This document shows, in pieces, positions 29,860 to 39,495 of a stretch of DNA of 64,000 nucleotides. Below the pieces are notes generated by a model. The model ran no database searches. It was not told where the DNA came from and saw nothing but the letters and a program-made list of their open reading frames with translations. Source of the stretch: an uncultured Candidatus Binatia bacterium. Its GTDB lineage: Bacteria; Desulfobacterota; Binatia; Bin18. The DNA lies in NCBI GenBank assembly GCA_965214605.1, contig OZ243961.1:896001-960000 (forward strand), written 5' to 3'. The translations under genes and the position numbers were made by a program. The stretch's first letter is position 1; every line of letters begins with the position of its first letter.

Positions 29860-32415
29860 TTATGGGTTGTAAGGCAATCCTTTTTTGGCCGTCACTTCCG
29901 GGAGCGCGACCTTCTTACCCTTCTTATTTTGTGCACCTCTCTCATTATGCGTAAACCATTTAAAGTTCTCGCCTTCCGGGTTCGGGTTGGGTCGCAGACG
30001 AGGATAGTGAATGGGCCCGTCTTCCTTCGGACCTCTTAGAACTTGCTTTAACCCCTTGATGAAAGACAAGGCGTCATAAGTGTTCTCGACGCTGGACCCA
30101 GGGGAGGTGTATGCAGCTACCATGCCGGCTTTGAAGGCCTGAATATGGGTGTTTCGTCGATCGTCATCCAGCTTTGCGGGCAAAGACGCATTAAAGGCGG
30201 CATAGTACTCTTCTTTCCAGTCTTTACCGGTGCCAAGCGGCAGACACCCGTTTACGCATCGTTCCTCATCAACTTCCATCCTCACGCTGCCAAAACCCAA
30301 GGGCTTGCCATACCCCAGCCTGAAGTAATGATCTTCGGGAAGCGACAGCAGCCACAGCAATGCGCCGACCTCTTCGGGTTGCAGATTTTGCATGTACAAA
30401 GTCGCCTTGAAAACGGTAGCAGGTTTGATCCAGCCTGTGATGGATCGGTTCTGAGAATCGGTTTGCGGCTGACCATTTGCCCCATTGGGGCGGCGGTATT
30501 CCTGGTATCGACCGTTTGTCTTGCGTTGTGTTCGATCCTCAACCGACGGCTTCCAATAGTCCAGGGCCTGGATGACTTCCAATCCTTTGTGGTGCCAGTA
30601 TTGCTTGCGCCCCCGCAAGCCCTTGTCTTTGCTATAGCCGGCGTCCTGCTTGCTAATTCCGTCGTTTTGCGGATTACCCCGCTCATCCTCAGCAACGTAG
30701 AAACGGCCCTGTGCCGGTTTCGGTTGTCCCAGGATCGTCAATGGCATGGTTTGGCCATCCTCAAAGCGTTCGATGATGCTTGGGCGTGGGCCATCCTCAC
30801 AGACGACACGTATACGGCCCTTGTAGCCTCCGTCACTTCCTTGGCCTTGTAGTGTCCACCCGAACAACCGGTCCGCGGGGGACAACTCACTCAGGTTCTT
30901 GGCCGGACGAAGCGAGGGGTGAAGTAGGGCTTCTGGACTCTCCTCATACAACTCGCGGGAGATCATGATTGGAAAGAGGTCCTCAATGCCTGTGATCTTT
31001 TCTTTCTTGAATCGGCAGCGGGCATACACCATATCACCCGAGCGCAGTTCGATTGCGTCAGGTGCGTCTCTGCCCCAACGATCCTGACGTTTACCATCCT
31101 GATAGAGATGCGGCGACCACGCCGTTTTGCCGGGATCCTTGCCAAATTTCTTCCACGCTCTTACAGAACGACCTTCAGGATCTTTACGCTCAAGAATATC
31201 GCTCTCGGAGTGTGCATCCCGATAGCTCTGAATACGCATGCGCCAAGCCTCTTTGAGACTATCAGTCACGGGATACGTACATCCCATCGGGTTGAAGAAA
31301 ATCCGCTCATCATGTTTGTTACCCATGTTTTCATTGGTGATCAAAATGCGACCCTTGACGACTTTACGCAGCGGGTTGTTAGGATTAAGAGGAGCATAAT
31401 ACGATTGCCTACTGCTGGAACGAGTCGGCGGTGGGTTCGGACCCCATAGGTCTTTCCCGGTACAAGGAGGAGCATTGGGAAACTGATCATCTTTTGGCCA
31501 GATATGGATCACTTTCCAGAACACATAGTCCTTGAACCAATTTTTATCTCCCCTTCGTGACACCTGATGTTGACAGAGAACGATTTCCGCCCACACCTCG
31601 TGACCGGTTTTTGGGCTGTATCCTCCTTCACATGTTGAATTTAGACTCCTGTGATAGCGCGTCAACATCGCGGCGTACATTGCCTTTTGCTCCGGGTTCG
31701 CATGTCGCTGTTGAGTTGGCCCTCGATTCGTAGCGGTGCTGGTTCCCGTATATAGACGGGCCACTAATTCCCCCTGCCTGCTTCCATCTTCAATAATCGC
31801 GGGAATGAGTTTCAGAGCTTCCCTCGTCTCCATACGATAACCCAACCGGTCGTTGTTGCGAAAACACGCATAGCGCGAGTTTGTCACCACCTCGTAGGCA
31901 TTGCGCAACATGCCGCGCAAGGACGATTCCGGCAGGTGATCGAGCATGTCGTAAATTTGATGCGCGCTTAAGGGTCGTTCTTTGTCACCAACATCGGGCA
32001 ACAGCAAGGGCGTGACCGTGGTCAGCTTGATGGGCAGATGACCTGTCCACAAGTCCGGCTGGAGAGACGCATGATCGAGATTGTGCTCCAGCGGATCGAA
32101 ATCACCGGCAAAATCCGGGCGGTGTGAGAGGAGAGGACGCGGTGGGGAGGGGATAAAAGTATATGGATTGTGAAAGTAGTCGTGTGTCTTGGAGGTGGGT
32201 GGAGCCGCTTGCAAGTGAACATTATGCGCTTCGAATCCGTCTTTCTTCTTTGTTGAAGACTCTTTATCAAAGACAACCGCCGCTCCCTCGACCAGAGCGT
32301 CCTTGTCGAATTCTATTGCACTGATGTGAAAGAAGATGTCCGGCCCGCCGGCATCGTCCACAATAAATCCGAAGCCTTGATCACCGAACCATTTCTTGAT
32401 CTTACCTGTTGCCAT
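29860..32415 (-). CDS. cas7: Cas7-insertion RAMP (TIGR03986-like) with N-terminal cold-shock domain, 851 aa
   Basis: MATGKIKKWFGDQGFGFI...DIFFHIS (RNP1/RNP2); FHNPYTF, SSLRGMLRNAYE, SPADRLFG, LRGRKQYWH, LGYGKPLGFGSV. Confidence 0.9.
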   Translation of the reverse strand: MATGKIKKWFGDQGFGFIVDDAGGPDIFFHISAIEFDKDALVEGAAVVFDKESSTKKKDGFEAHNVHLQAAPPTSKTHDYFHNPYTFIPSPPRPLLSHRPDFAGDFDPLEHNLDHASLQPDLWTGHLPIKLTTVTPLLLPDVGDKERPLSAHQIYDMLDHLPESSLRGMLRNAYEVVTNSRYACFRNNDRLGYRMETREALKLIPAIIEDGSRQGELVARLYTGTSTATNRGPTQQRHANPEQKAMYAAMLTRYHRSLNSTCEGGYSPKTGHEVWAEIVLCQHQVSRRGDKNWFKDYVFWKVIHIWPKDDQFPNAPPCTGKDLWGPNPPPTRSSSRQSYYAPLNPNNPLRKVVKGRILITNENMGNKHDERIFFNPMGCTYPVTDSLKEAWRMRIQSYRDAHSESDILERKDPEGRSVRAWKKFGKDPGKTAWSPHLYQDGKRQDRWGRDAPDAIELRSGDMVYARCRFKKEKITGIEDLFPIMISRELYEESPEALLHPSLRPAKNLSELSPADRLFGWTLQGQGSDGGYKGRIRVVCEDGPRPSIIERFEDGQTMPLTILGQPKPAQGRFYVAEDERGNPQNDGISKQDAGYSKDKGLRGRKQYWHHKGLEVIQALDYWKPSVEDRTQRKTNGRYQEYRRPNGANGQPQTDSQNRSITGWIKPATVFKATLYMQNLQPEEVGALLWLLSLPEDHYFRLGYGKPLGFGSVRMEVDEERCVNGCLPLGTGKDWKEEYYAAFNASLPAKLDDDRRNTHIQAFKAGMVAAYTSPGSSVENTYDALSFIKGLKQVLRGPKEDGPIHYPRLRPNPNPEGENFKWFTHNERGAQNKKGKKVALPEVTAKKGLPYNP

Positions 32416-32864
32416 CCGACTACCCCCTTCGTCTGACGGAACACCCAAGGGATTTCCCTTTCTCCCCAGACCCCACCCCGCAGCCTACACGCAAACACAC
32501 CGATGGGAAACATTAGCAATGTTGCCCAGACCGAGAAATCATCCCGCTCCCCGCACCAAGGAGGGGCTGAGCAGGTTGCTGAATCCGAAGCCGGTCCGGG
32601 GTGGCGTCCTTTCGCCCGGAATGACTGGTGCAGCCAGTATCGGATAGCCTGTCCGGCAAAACGACGGGGAAGTGGGGAGAAACTTGTAGAAAGATAAAAA
32701 CCATGCTGCTATAACGTGATCGCTGCAAGTAGACTGCCTGCTTGCGCAATGGTCAGGCGAGAGGGGGAGGCCAGCGATGCCTCACCGGCCTCCATTTGTG
32801 GAAAGCCGATTGAGGGAGAGGAGCACCAGAGATAGCGACGTGCACCATCGACACCCATGAAACC

Positions 32865-33080
32865 ATGCGGCAATTCGTGGCCACCGGTATCCCTGACAAG
32901 CAGGCAGAAGTCATTGTTGCCGCCATCAGCCGCGCGGCTTCCGAGATTGTCACCAGGGCCGACCTTGCCGTTGCCGAGTTGAAAGCCGATATGCTCAAGG
33001 TGGCCATCGGGGTTGCCGTCGGTATTGTGATTGTGATTGTCAACGCCAGCCTGACGATTACCTTGATCAAATTGCTCTGA
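32865..33080 (+). CDS. DUF1640-like small coiled-coil/TM protein (native start appears mutated)
   Basis: GIPDKQAEVIV, VTRADL, LKADMLK, hydrophobic tail; paralog at 44859. Confidence 0.55.
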   Translation: MRQFVATGIPDKQAEVIVAAISRAASEIVTRADLAVAELKADMLKVAIGVAVGIVIVIVNASLTITLIKLL

Positions 33081-33115
33081 ATCATCGGGGATTTTTCACA
33101 CCAGCGGGGCTTTCC

Positions 33116-34246
33116 ATGACTACTCCCCACACGCTTCTCTGTACCGTCGGCACCTGTCTGTTCCATTCCAACCTGTCCCGCCTCACCCGTGAGCCGCGGC
33201 CGAATTCCATCCGCGCTGCCTTGGCCCAGGCCTATGCCGAACAGGATTGGCCGGAAGTCGCGGCGCAACTGCACCACCTCCCCCCCACCGAGCGGCTGTG
33301 CGGGGCGGAGATCAACTCGGTGGCCGATCTTCTGAAACAGGACTACGTCGCCAAGGGCCGCCTGCACCTGCTGTATTCCGCTACGACGGACGGCGAACAC
33401 ATCGCCGCCGTGCTCGACGCCTACTTCGCCGCGGACGGCTGGCGGGTACAGACCCACCGGGTGGACGAATTGAGCGATCAGGACCCGAAGGCGTTTCGCA
33501 CCCGAGGGCTGCGCAACCTGGCAAAACTGTTCGGCGAGCGTGTCCGAGAGGCCGGCGCCGATTATTGCGCGATCAACGCCACCGGCGGCTATAAGGCCCA
33601 GATCGCCATTGCCGTGCTCATGGGTCAGGCGCTCGGCATTCCGGTGTATTACAAGCACGAGCGCTTCGACGCCATCATCCCGTTTCCGCCCATGCCGGTG
33701 GCGCTCGATTTTGCGCTCTGGCTGCGCGCCAGCGGCATGTTCATGGCGCTCAGCAAGCCTGACGCCTGTGAGCTGTGGGAGCAGTTCCGCGAGGATTGGG
33801 ACGAACGCTTTGAGCCGCTGATCAACCGGGTGAGGATCGGCGACAGCGATTATCTGGAACTCTCGGCGACCGGCCAGATTTTCCACGAGACCTTTCGATC
33901 CCGTTTTCAGCGGCGCAAGACCACCAGCCTGCCGCGCCCGGCCACAGCGGCTGAGAAACAGCGGCCCACTCTGGGTGATCACGGCTACGGGCAGGCGCGC
34001 GACCCCATTCTGCGGTTTCTGGAAAAACTCACCGACGAACGGCCGTACGTCCGCCTGTGCCACTCGACGTACTGGAACCCGGACCTGTCTGAAGTGAACC
34101 GGTTCCGGCGGGCGGGTGGGGAAGTCCAGGGCATCTACTCGAACGGATCCTGGTGCGTCAAGTTCAGGGTGCTCACGACAGCCGGTGAGCAGGACGACCT
34201 AGGTGTTGTCATGGCCGACCTCAACGAATGGTTGGCAGAAGCATAA
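33116..34246 (+). CDS. CRISPR-associated CARF protein (APE2256/TIGR02619-like) with wHTH and unassigned C-terminal domain
   Basis: LLCTVGT, CGAEINS, SATTDG, INATGGYKAQ, VYYKHERF, LSATGQIF. Confidence 0.85.
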   Translation: MTTPHTLLCTVGTCLFHSNLSRLTREPRPNSIRAALAQAYAEQDWPEVAAQLHHLPPTERLCGAEINSVADLLKQDYVAKGRLHLLYSATTDGEHIAAVLDAYFAADGWRVQTHRVDELSDQDPKAFRTRGLRNLAKLFGERVREAGADYCAINATGGYKAQIAIAVLMGQALGIPVYYKHERFDAIIPFPPMPVALDFALWLRASGMFMALSKPDACELWEQFREDWDERFEPLINRVRIGDSDYLELSATGQIFHETFRSRFQRRKTTSLPRPATAAEKQRPTLGDHGYGQARDPILRFLEKLTDERPYVRLCHSTYWNPDLSEVNRFRRAGGEVQGIYSNGSWCVKFRVLTTAGEQDDLGVVMADLNEWLAEA

Positions 34247-34276
34247 TCGGAGTGTGGCAATGACAGGCGCGCGCGG

Positions 34277-34560
34277 TTGCCGGTGACCGTGAAAATTCCC
34301 GTAAGGCCGTCCTTGGAAAACGGCGACCGGCTGACGCGGGCGGAGTTTGAGCGACGCTACGAGGCCATGCCGGACGTGAAGAAGGCGGAACTGATCAATG
34401 GGGCGGGGTGCGTCTGGGTTCAGCCGTTCGCTTTGGGAAACACGACCAGCCCCATGTAAGGCTGCTGGTTGGGGACGTATGCCGCGTTTACCCAGGGTGT
34501 CCGCCTTGGCGACAACGCGACCGTCCGTCTGGATGCGAACACGGAACCGCAGCCATGTCC
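34277..34560 (+). pseudogene. Uma2-family endonuclease, truncated
   Basis: [30 protein letters not shown]; DNATVRLD..TEPQP in a shifted frame. Confidence 0.75.
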
Positions 34561-34569
34561 GGCTGCTGG

Positions 34570-35336
34570 CCGCCGATCAGACCGAGGGCGCAGGCCCGGA
34601 TCGCCCGTCCCATGGTCTTGGGCAAGATCGCCTCGACGGTGGGTTGCACCACAAACACCGTGCGCCGCAAAAGCAGACGCTGGCACGTCTGTTTCAGCGT
34701 CGAACACGAACCCGATCCGTTGCCTGCCGTGAAATGCCGAAGTCGGCATCGACATGGGCCTGGAGCACGTCGCCGCGCTCAGCACGGGCGCCCTCATACC
34801 CAACCCGCGTTGGCACGGGAAGGCGCAGAAACGCTTGCGCCGGGCACAACGCAAGGGGGCACGCCGCGTCAAGGGATCGAACGGACGGCGTAAGGCGGTT
34901 CAGGCACTCCAGCGTGTCCACAGCACGTCGCCAATCAGCGGGCTGATTTCGTGCATAAGGCGTCTCGCCAAATTGTTGACACCTACCAACTCCTTGCCGT
35001 CGAGAAACTGAACGTCGACGGCATGTCCAAGGGCAGGCTTGCCAAGTCGATATACGATGCGGGCTCGCGTTCCTTCCTGCAACAACTCGCAATCAAAGCG
35101 GCGGAAGCTGGGCGGCGAGTGGCGGAGGTGAACCCGGCCGGGACAAGCCAATACCGTCTAGGTTCGCAAGACGCTGTCTGTTCGTGTGCATCGTTGTCCT
35201 GAGTGCGGCCTTGTAGCGCCGCGCGACGTGGTGTCTGCACAGTTGCTCGGACGGAGCCTTGTGAGCGCCAACGTAGCCTGACGCAAGGGGATACGCTGCT
35301 CCAAAAGCCGCCTGCTCAAGCAGGCGGAGTCGTCAC
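34570..35336 (+). mobile_element. tnpB: IS200/IS605 tnpB remnant with intact-looking right end
   Basis: GIDMGL, KGSNGRRKA, LAVEKLNV, SIYDAG, VNPAGTSQ; RE hairpin CCGCCTGC-TCAA-GCAGGCGG followed by TCAC (35333-35336). Confidence 0.8.
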
Positions 35337-35480
35337 AATCTCCCATGGTCTGCGGACGGCGACGTGTAGGGAGCCCAGAGGCAGCACTCGCCATGCTCAA
35401 AGGAATCTACAAACCGATATTAGCAATATAGTCTTGCAATAATATAATTGCAAGATAACGTGATTTCCTGGAGGGTTTTT

Positions 35481-36587
35481 ATGGAAACGCAACGCATTGG
35501 GAGGCGAATCAAGGCATTGCGTGAGGAACGCCGCCTGTCACAGGGCGAACTTGCGCGCCTGTTCGGATTCAAGAACCGGCAAACCGTCTCGGCCATCGAA
35601 ACCGGCGCACGACGCGTCAAGGCAGAGGAACTTGTGCTCGCGGTGCAAAAGCTGGACGTGCCGCTGGACTATTTCACGGATCCCTTTCGTCTCGTTGGTG
35701 AAGGGCGCTTCTCATGGCGGCAAACCGGCATCGATGCCGAGCAGCTCAAGGCATATGAACGTCACGCCGGCAGTTGGTTGGCCGCCTTCTGTGTCCTGGC
35801 GCCGCAAGTGGGCCATGAAATGCCATTCCTGCGCCGGACGCTTGGCCTGACCCGCCGGTCGAGCTACGAGGACGCGATGCAGGCGGGCGAGCGGTTCGTC
35901 GCCGAGTTTGACCTCGGCAAGGCGCCTGCGGCGCGCCTGGGCGACATCATGCAGCGGGAACTCGGTGTCCTGGTGCTCATGGTAGATGCCTGCGAGGGGG
36001 TGTCGGGGGCCTCATGCCGGCTGCCCGACCTGGACGCGGTGCTGATTGCACGTCAGGAGGTTGAAGGTCGGCGTCATTTTGATCTCGCCCATGAACTGTT
36101 CCACTTGCTGACGTGGGACGCGCTGCCGCCGGCGTATGCGGAAGAGAGGCGGGAAACGGGCGGCAGTCGTGTGGAGCAACTTGCCAACAACTTTGCCGCC
36201 GCGGTGCTGATGCCGGAAAGCAGCGTGGATCAAGTCGATGATTGGCAACGTCTGAGCCGTGAAGAGCTGGTATCGTGTCTGAACACCCTGGCCGATGACT
36301 TATCCGTAACGTCTTCGGCGTTGAGATGGCGTCTGGTCGCACTCGATAAACTGAAGTCTGCGCAAGCCGGCGCGATCCCCGAAGCGGCGCTGCGCAACAA
36401 TGGACACGACACGCCGCGGGTTGATCCGCCTACCCTGTTCTCCAAACCGTTTATGGAAGTCATGGGCCTTGCCATCGACAAGGGCCATGTCTCGGTTCGG
36501 CGCCTGGCCGGCCTGCTTGATCTGACCCTTGAAGACCTCGCGGAACTGTTCGCAAGGCACAGCGTCGAGTATCCGGTCGACCTTTGA
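35481..36587 (+). CDS. XRE HTH plus ImmA/IrrE (DUF955) metallopeptidase
   Basis: LSQGELARLFG..RQTVSAIETGAR; RRHFDLAHELFH; EQLANNFAAAVLMP. Confidence 0.9.
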   Translation: METQRIGRRIKALREERRLSQGELARLFGFKNRQTVSAIETGARRVKAEELVLAVQKLDVPLDYFTDPFRLVGEGRFSWRQTGIDAEQLKAYERHAGSWLAAFCVLAPQVGHEMPFLRRTLGLTRRSSYEDAMQAGERFVAEFDLGKAPAARLGDIMQRELGVLVLMVDACEGVSGASCRLPDLDAVLIARQEVEGRRHFDLAHELFHLLTWDALPPAYAEERRETGGSRVEQLANNFAAAVLMPESSVDQVDDWQRLSREELVSCLNTLADDLSVTSSALRWRLVALDKLKSAQAGAIPEAALRNNGHDTPRVDPPTLFSKPFMEVMGLAIDKGHVSVRRLAGLLDLTLEDLAELFARHSVEYPVDL

Positions 36588-36593
36588 GACATC

Positions 36594-37107
36594 ATGGCGA
36601 AGCATCGCGGTCCCGTTTTCCTCGACACCAATGTCATTCTGGAATGTCATCGAGTGGAGGCGTGGCGTGCACTCGCAGGCGGTTATCGTCTGGAAACGGT
36701 TGCGGACTGTGTCGCCGAGACACAGTCCGGATACCAGCGCCGTCGCCCTGAGCATCAGATTGACCCATTCCGAACTGCGCGGCTCCCTCGCGGCGATTCA
36801 TTCCGTCGAAGACTGGGAGCGTGCCGAGTTGGCAGTCCTGGCGCCCGATATCGCGTTGGACAGAGGCGAGAAATCCCTTTGGGCTCACGCCCTGAACCGC
36901 AACGATCACTGGATGCTATGTGGGCCGGATAAAGCCAGCCTCCGCTTGGGTGTACGACTCGGCTTTCGCGAGCGGCTTGTGGCGTTGGAACAACTCCTCA
37001 ATGACATCGGCTATCGTCCCAGAACTTCTCTCAGAAGGAACTACACGAGAAAGTGGTTAGCGGAAACGTGTGCCGAGCTGGGTCCTTGCGGAAGGCCTGT
37101 GAACTGA
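36594..37107 (+). pseudogene. PIN-like domain protein, frameshifted at ~36765
   Basis: VFLDTNVILE then LDRGEKSLWAHA, CGPDKAS in the next frame. Confidence 0.65.
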
Positions 37108-37108
37108 G

Positions 37109-37520
37109 GTGCCCTCTGGAATATCAGGCAGCTTGGCGGCCTTAGAGGTAGGTGAGGTCGATGTCGACGAACAGCCTGGGCATGTCCCGAAGAAACAGAT
37201 TAACGGCCGTGCCACCCTTGAGCGCGAAGTCCGGCGCGCTAGCGACGGCCGGCAGACAGCGAATCAGAAGTTCGAGCTGAGCTCTGTAGGCATCGCGCGG
37301 CGCCATTTCTGTATCTAGTCTTGCACCGGGTCGGCAACGACCAAGTCATATTTGCTGTCGAGGCGCCCTCCCGCGTGGATGACCCGGCGGCCTGGCCCGA
37401 AATCGACCTTCGATAGGCCGAGCCGGCTCAACCACGGATGATTCGAGCGCTTGGCGGCGTGCATGAACAGCCGCTTGGTCTTCACCGACGTACAGTTCTC
37501 AAGCAGCTGTTGTACGACCT
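37109..37520 (-). pseudogene. Second AbiEi/AbiEii pair, fragments
   Basis: CTSVKTKRLFM...DFGPGRRVI..GGRLDSKY, then FALKGGTAVNLF..DMPRLFVDIDLTYL. Confidence 0.7.
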
Positions 37521-37687
37521 AATGTATCCCGACCGATGAAACCTTGCTGGGTGCGGAGGCATACAAGAAGTTCCTGGGAGAACGGCGAAAGCTGGTGAGC
37601 CGACGGCTGAATGAATTTCTCGGGATCGAGTAGTCGCCTCGAGATCAGAAGCCAATAAGTGCAGCGATTGTTTTGTCCGCCTCGTCC
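37521..37687 (+). repeat. Diverged copy of 13291-13457 (3' end of the DUF262 gene)
   Basis: Direct alignment by eye, scattered mismatches. Confidence 0.9.
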
Positions 37688-37941
37688 TCAGTTTCCCAGG
37701 AGCGGTAGCCCAGGCGCCCTTCGATCAACGCCGGACAGCCCTTGGTGAAATACTCGTCGGCCACTTCCGCAGGGCGACCGAAGGCGGTGAGGTCAACAAA
37801 CGTCGCCTCCTGCTTTACTTCATCGTCTTGGCGGTAGCGACGGTTGATCGCCATGCCAAAATTCGCTACGGCATGACCACTGGGTGTGTACCGCAGATCA
37901 ACGTCTTGGGTCAGAAAACCAAACAGAGCTATGCGGTTCAT
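37645..37941 (-). pseudogene. ssb: Single-stranded DNA-binding protein, C-terminally truncated
   Basis: MNRIALFGFLTQDVDLRYTPSG, LIEGRL..RSWE; no acidic DDIPF tail. Confidence 0.75.
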
Positions 37942-38039
37942 AGCTATCTCCTTGGAGACGCGCCGCGGCGCCGATTGGTTGGCCGCGGAAACCAGCCGGA
38001 GGTTGGCCCCATGCGGAGCTGAGCACGTTCTATTGTTGA

Positions 38040-38344
38040 CAGGAGAGAACCCCTTGCATTTGGTCGTCGAGATAAAGGGCCATCGGCGGGAGGACGCCAA
38101 AGAGAAGAAGAACACCATGGATGCCTACTGGGTGCCCGGCGTCAACAATCACGGCAACTACGGACGCTGGGCTTTCGCCGAGTTCGCTGACGTATGGGAT
38201 ATGAAGTCCGACTTCGAACTCAAGGTGGAAGAGCATTTCAACGAGATGATCCGGGCCAGGTTGGCCGTCGGCGAGACGCCCGGCGCCGGGCGCCTCGCCG
38301 ACGGCGGTTCCGACCCCGGTTCGACAGATATACCGAGCCTATGA
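38040..38344 (+). pseudogene. Type III restriction enzyme Res C-terminal remnant
   Basis: LHLVVEIKGHRREDAKEKKNTM..YWVPGVNN...YGRWAFAEF. Confidence 0.7.
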
Positions 38345-39495
38345 AACCCATGAAAAACCTGTCTTTCGAAATAGAGAACCTGGGTGTCATCAAAGAAGGG
38401 CGCTTTACGCAAAAGCCGCTCACCCTATTCTGCGGTCCAAACAACAGCGGCAAAACATGGGCCATGTATTCCCTATACTACAGCCACTACCTGATGATGC
38501 GTTTCCCGTCAGCAGAGAAGAAGGATCTCTCCAACTTTAACAGCTACCTTAAGCGTGAGTTGCCTGACTTGTTCAATACCACCGCTAGCATGATGGAAAA
38601 AGCCGTATTCAAGATTGCAGACCGGCATAAGGAAGAGTTCCCGATCCTAGTAAGGGAGAAAAGAGACAAGACCAGCTTCCTTATGCCTGCGGAGCGTACC
38701 GGGTTGCACCTGTTCTACCGAGAGTTGAGCACCAAGCGAACCGCGCTGTTGCATCACGCGTCCAAGGAAAATATTGACCTCCGCGATCTTTTGTGGGATG
38801 TCATTCGTTCGCGCTACGCGGTGCCTATTGCCCACTATATCGACTGGCTGAATCAACTGGCGGATATTCAGCGCACCGCATCCGGCCAATTCCACAAGAT
38901 TGCGGAGTGGATCAAGAAGCATCTGGTTGGTGGGGGCTATCAGGTCGAGAAAAGGACCGGGGATATCCGGTTCAAACCCTATCAGAGAAAACGCGACGGC
39001 AAGCCAACCAAGCTGATGGGGCTACACATGGCCTCCAGCACCGTCAAAAGCCTGTTCGGGCTTTGGTTCTACCTGGAAAATCAAGCCAGGTACGGTGACT
39101 TATTGATGATTGATGAGCCGGAGCTGAACATTCATCCGGAGAATCAACTGAAGATGGCGCGCTTGTTGACCCGGTTGGTCAACGCGGGCCTGAACGTTGT
39201 GATCAGCACCCATAGCGACTACATGGTCAGGGAATTCAACAACCTGCTGATGTTGAGCGAAGATAGCAGTGGGTGTCTGAAAAAGAAGTACAAGTATGAG
39301 GATGAAGAAACGCTGCGCCCTGATCAGATTGGGGCCTATCTTTTTGACCATCAGACCGTAGCACCGTTTGAGATGACGGCAGAAGATGGTGTCGACGCTA
39401 CTACGTTTGATGACGTGATAACACGTTTGAACGAAGTCAACGACGGCATCTACTATGCTCTCCAGGAGCAACGGCTGGAGCGCGGTGATGATTGA
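38341..39495 (+). CDS. ABC/AAA_21-type ATPase
   Basis: CGPNNSGKT, PAERTG, ASSTVKS, LMIDEPELNIHP, ISTHSDY. Confidence 0.88.
   Translation: MKPMKNLSFEIENLGVIKEGRFTQKPLTLFCGPNNSGKTWAMYSLYYSHYLMMRFPSAEKKDLSNFNSYLKRELPDLFNTTASMMEKAVFKIADRHKEEFPILVREKRDKTSFLMPAERTGLHLFYRELSTKRTALLHHASKENIDLRDLLWDVIRSRYAVPIAHYIDWLNQLADIQRTASGQFHKIAEWIKKHLVGGGYQVEKRTGDIRFKPYQRKRDGKPTKLMGLHMASSTVKSLFGLWFYLENQARYGDLLMIDEPELNIHPENQLKMARLLTRLVNAGLNVVISTHSDYMVREFNNLLMLSEDSSGCLKKKYKYEDEETLRPDQIGAYLFDHQTVAPFEMTAEDGVDATTFDDVITRLNEVNDGIYYALQEQRLERGDD

Noticed and set aside
32416-32860. Expected CRISPR array or cas6 upstream of the operon
   Set aside because: No repeats or ORF found; only promoter-like TTGTAG...TGCTATAAC.
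32753-34063. 436-aa minus-strand ORF (and similar ones at 44837-45787, 7288-8073, 59465-60115)
   Set aside because: Antisense shadows of real genes or chance ORFs in GC-rich DNA, with no motifs.
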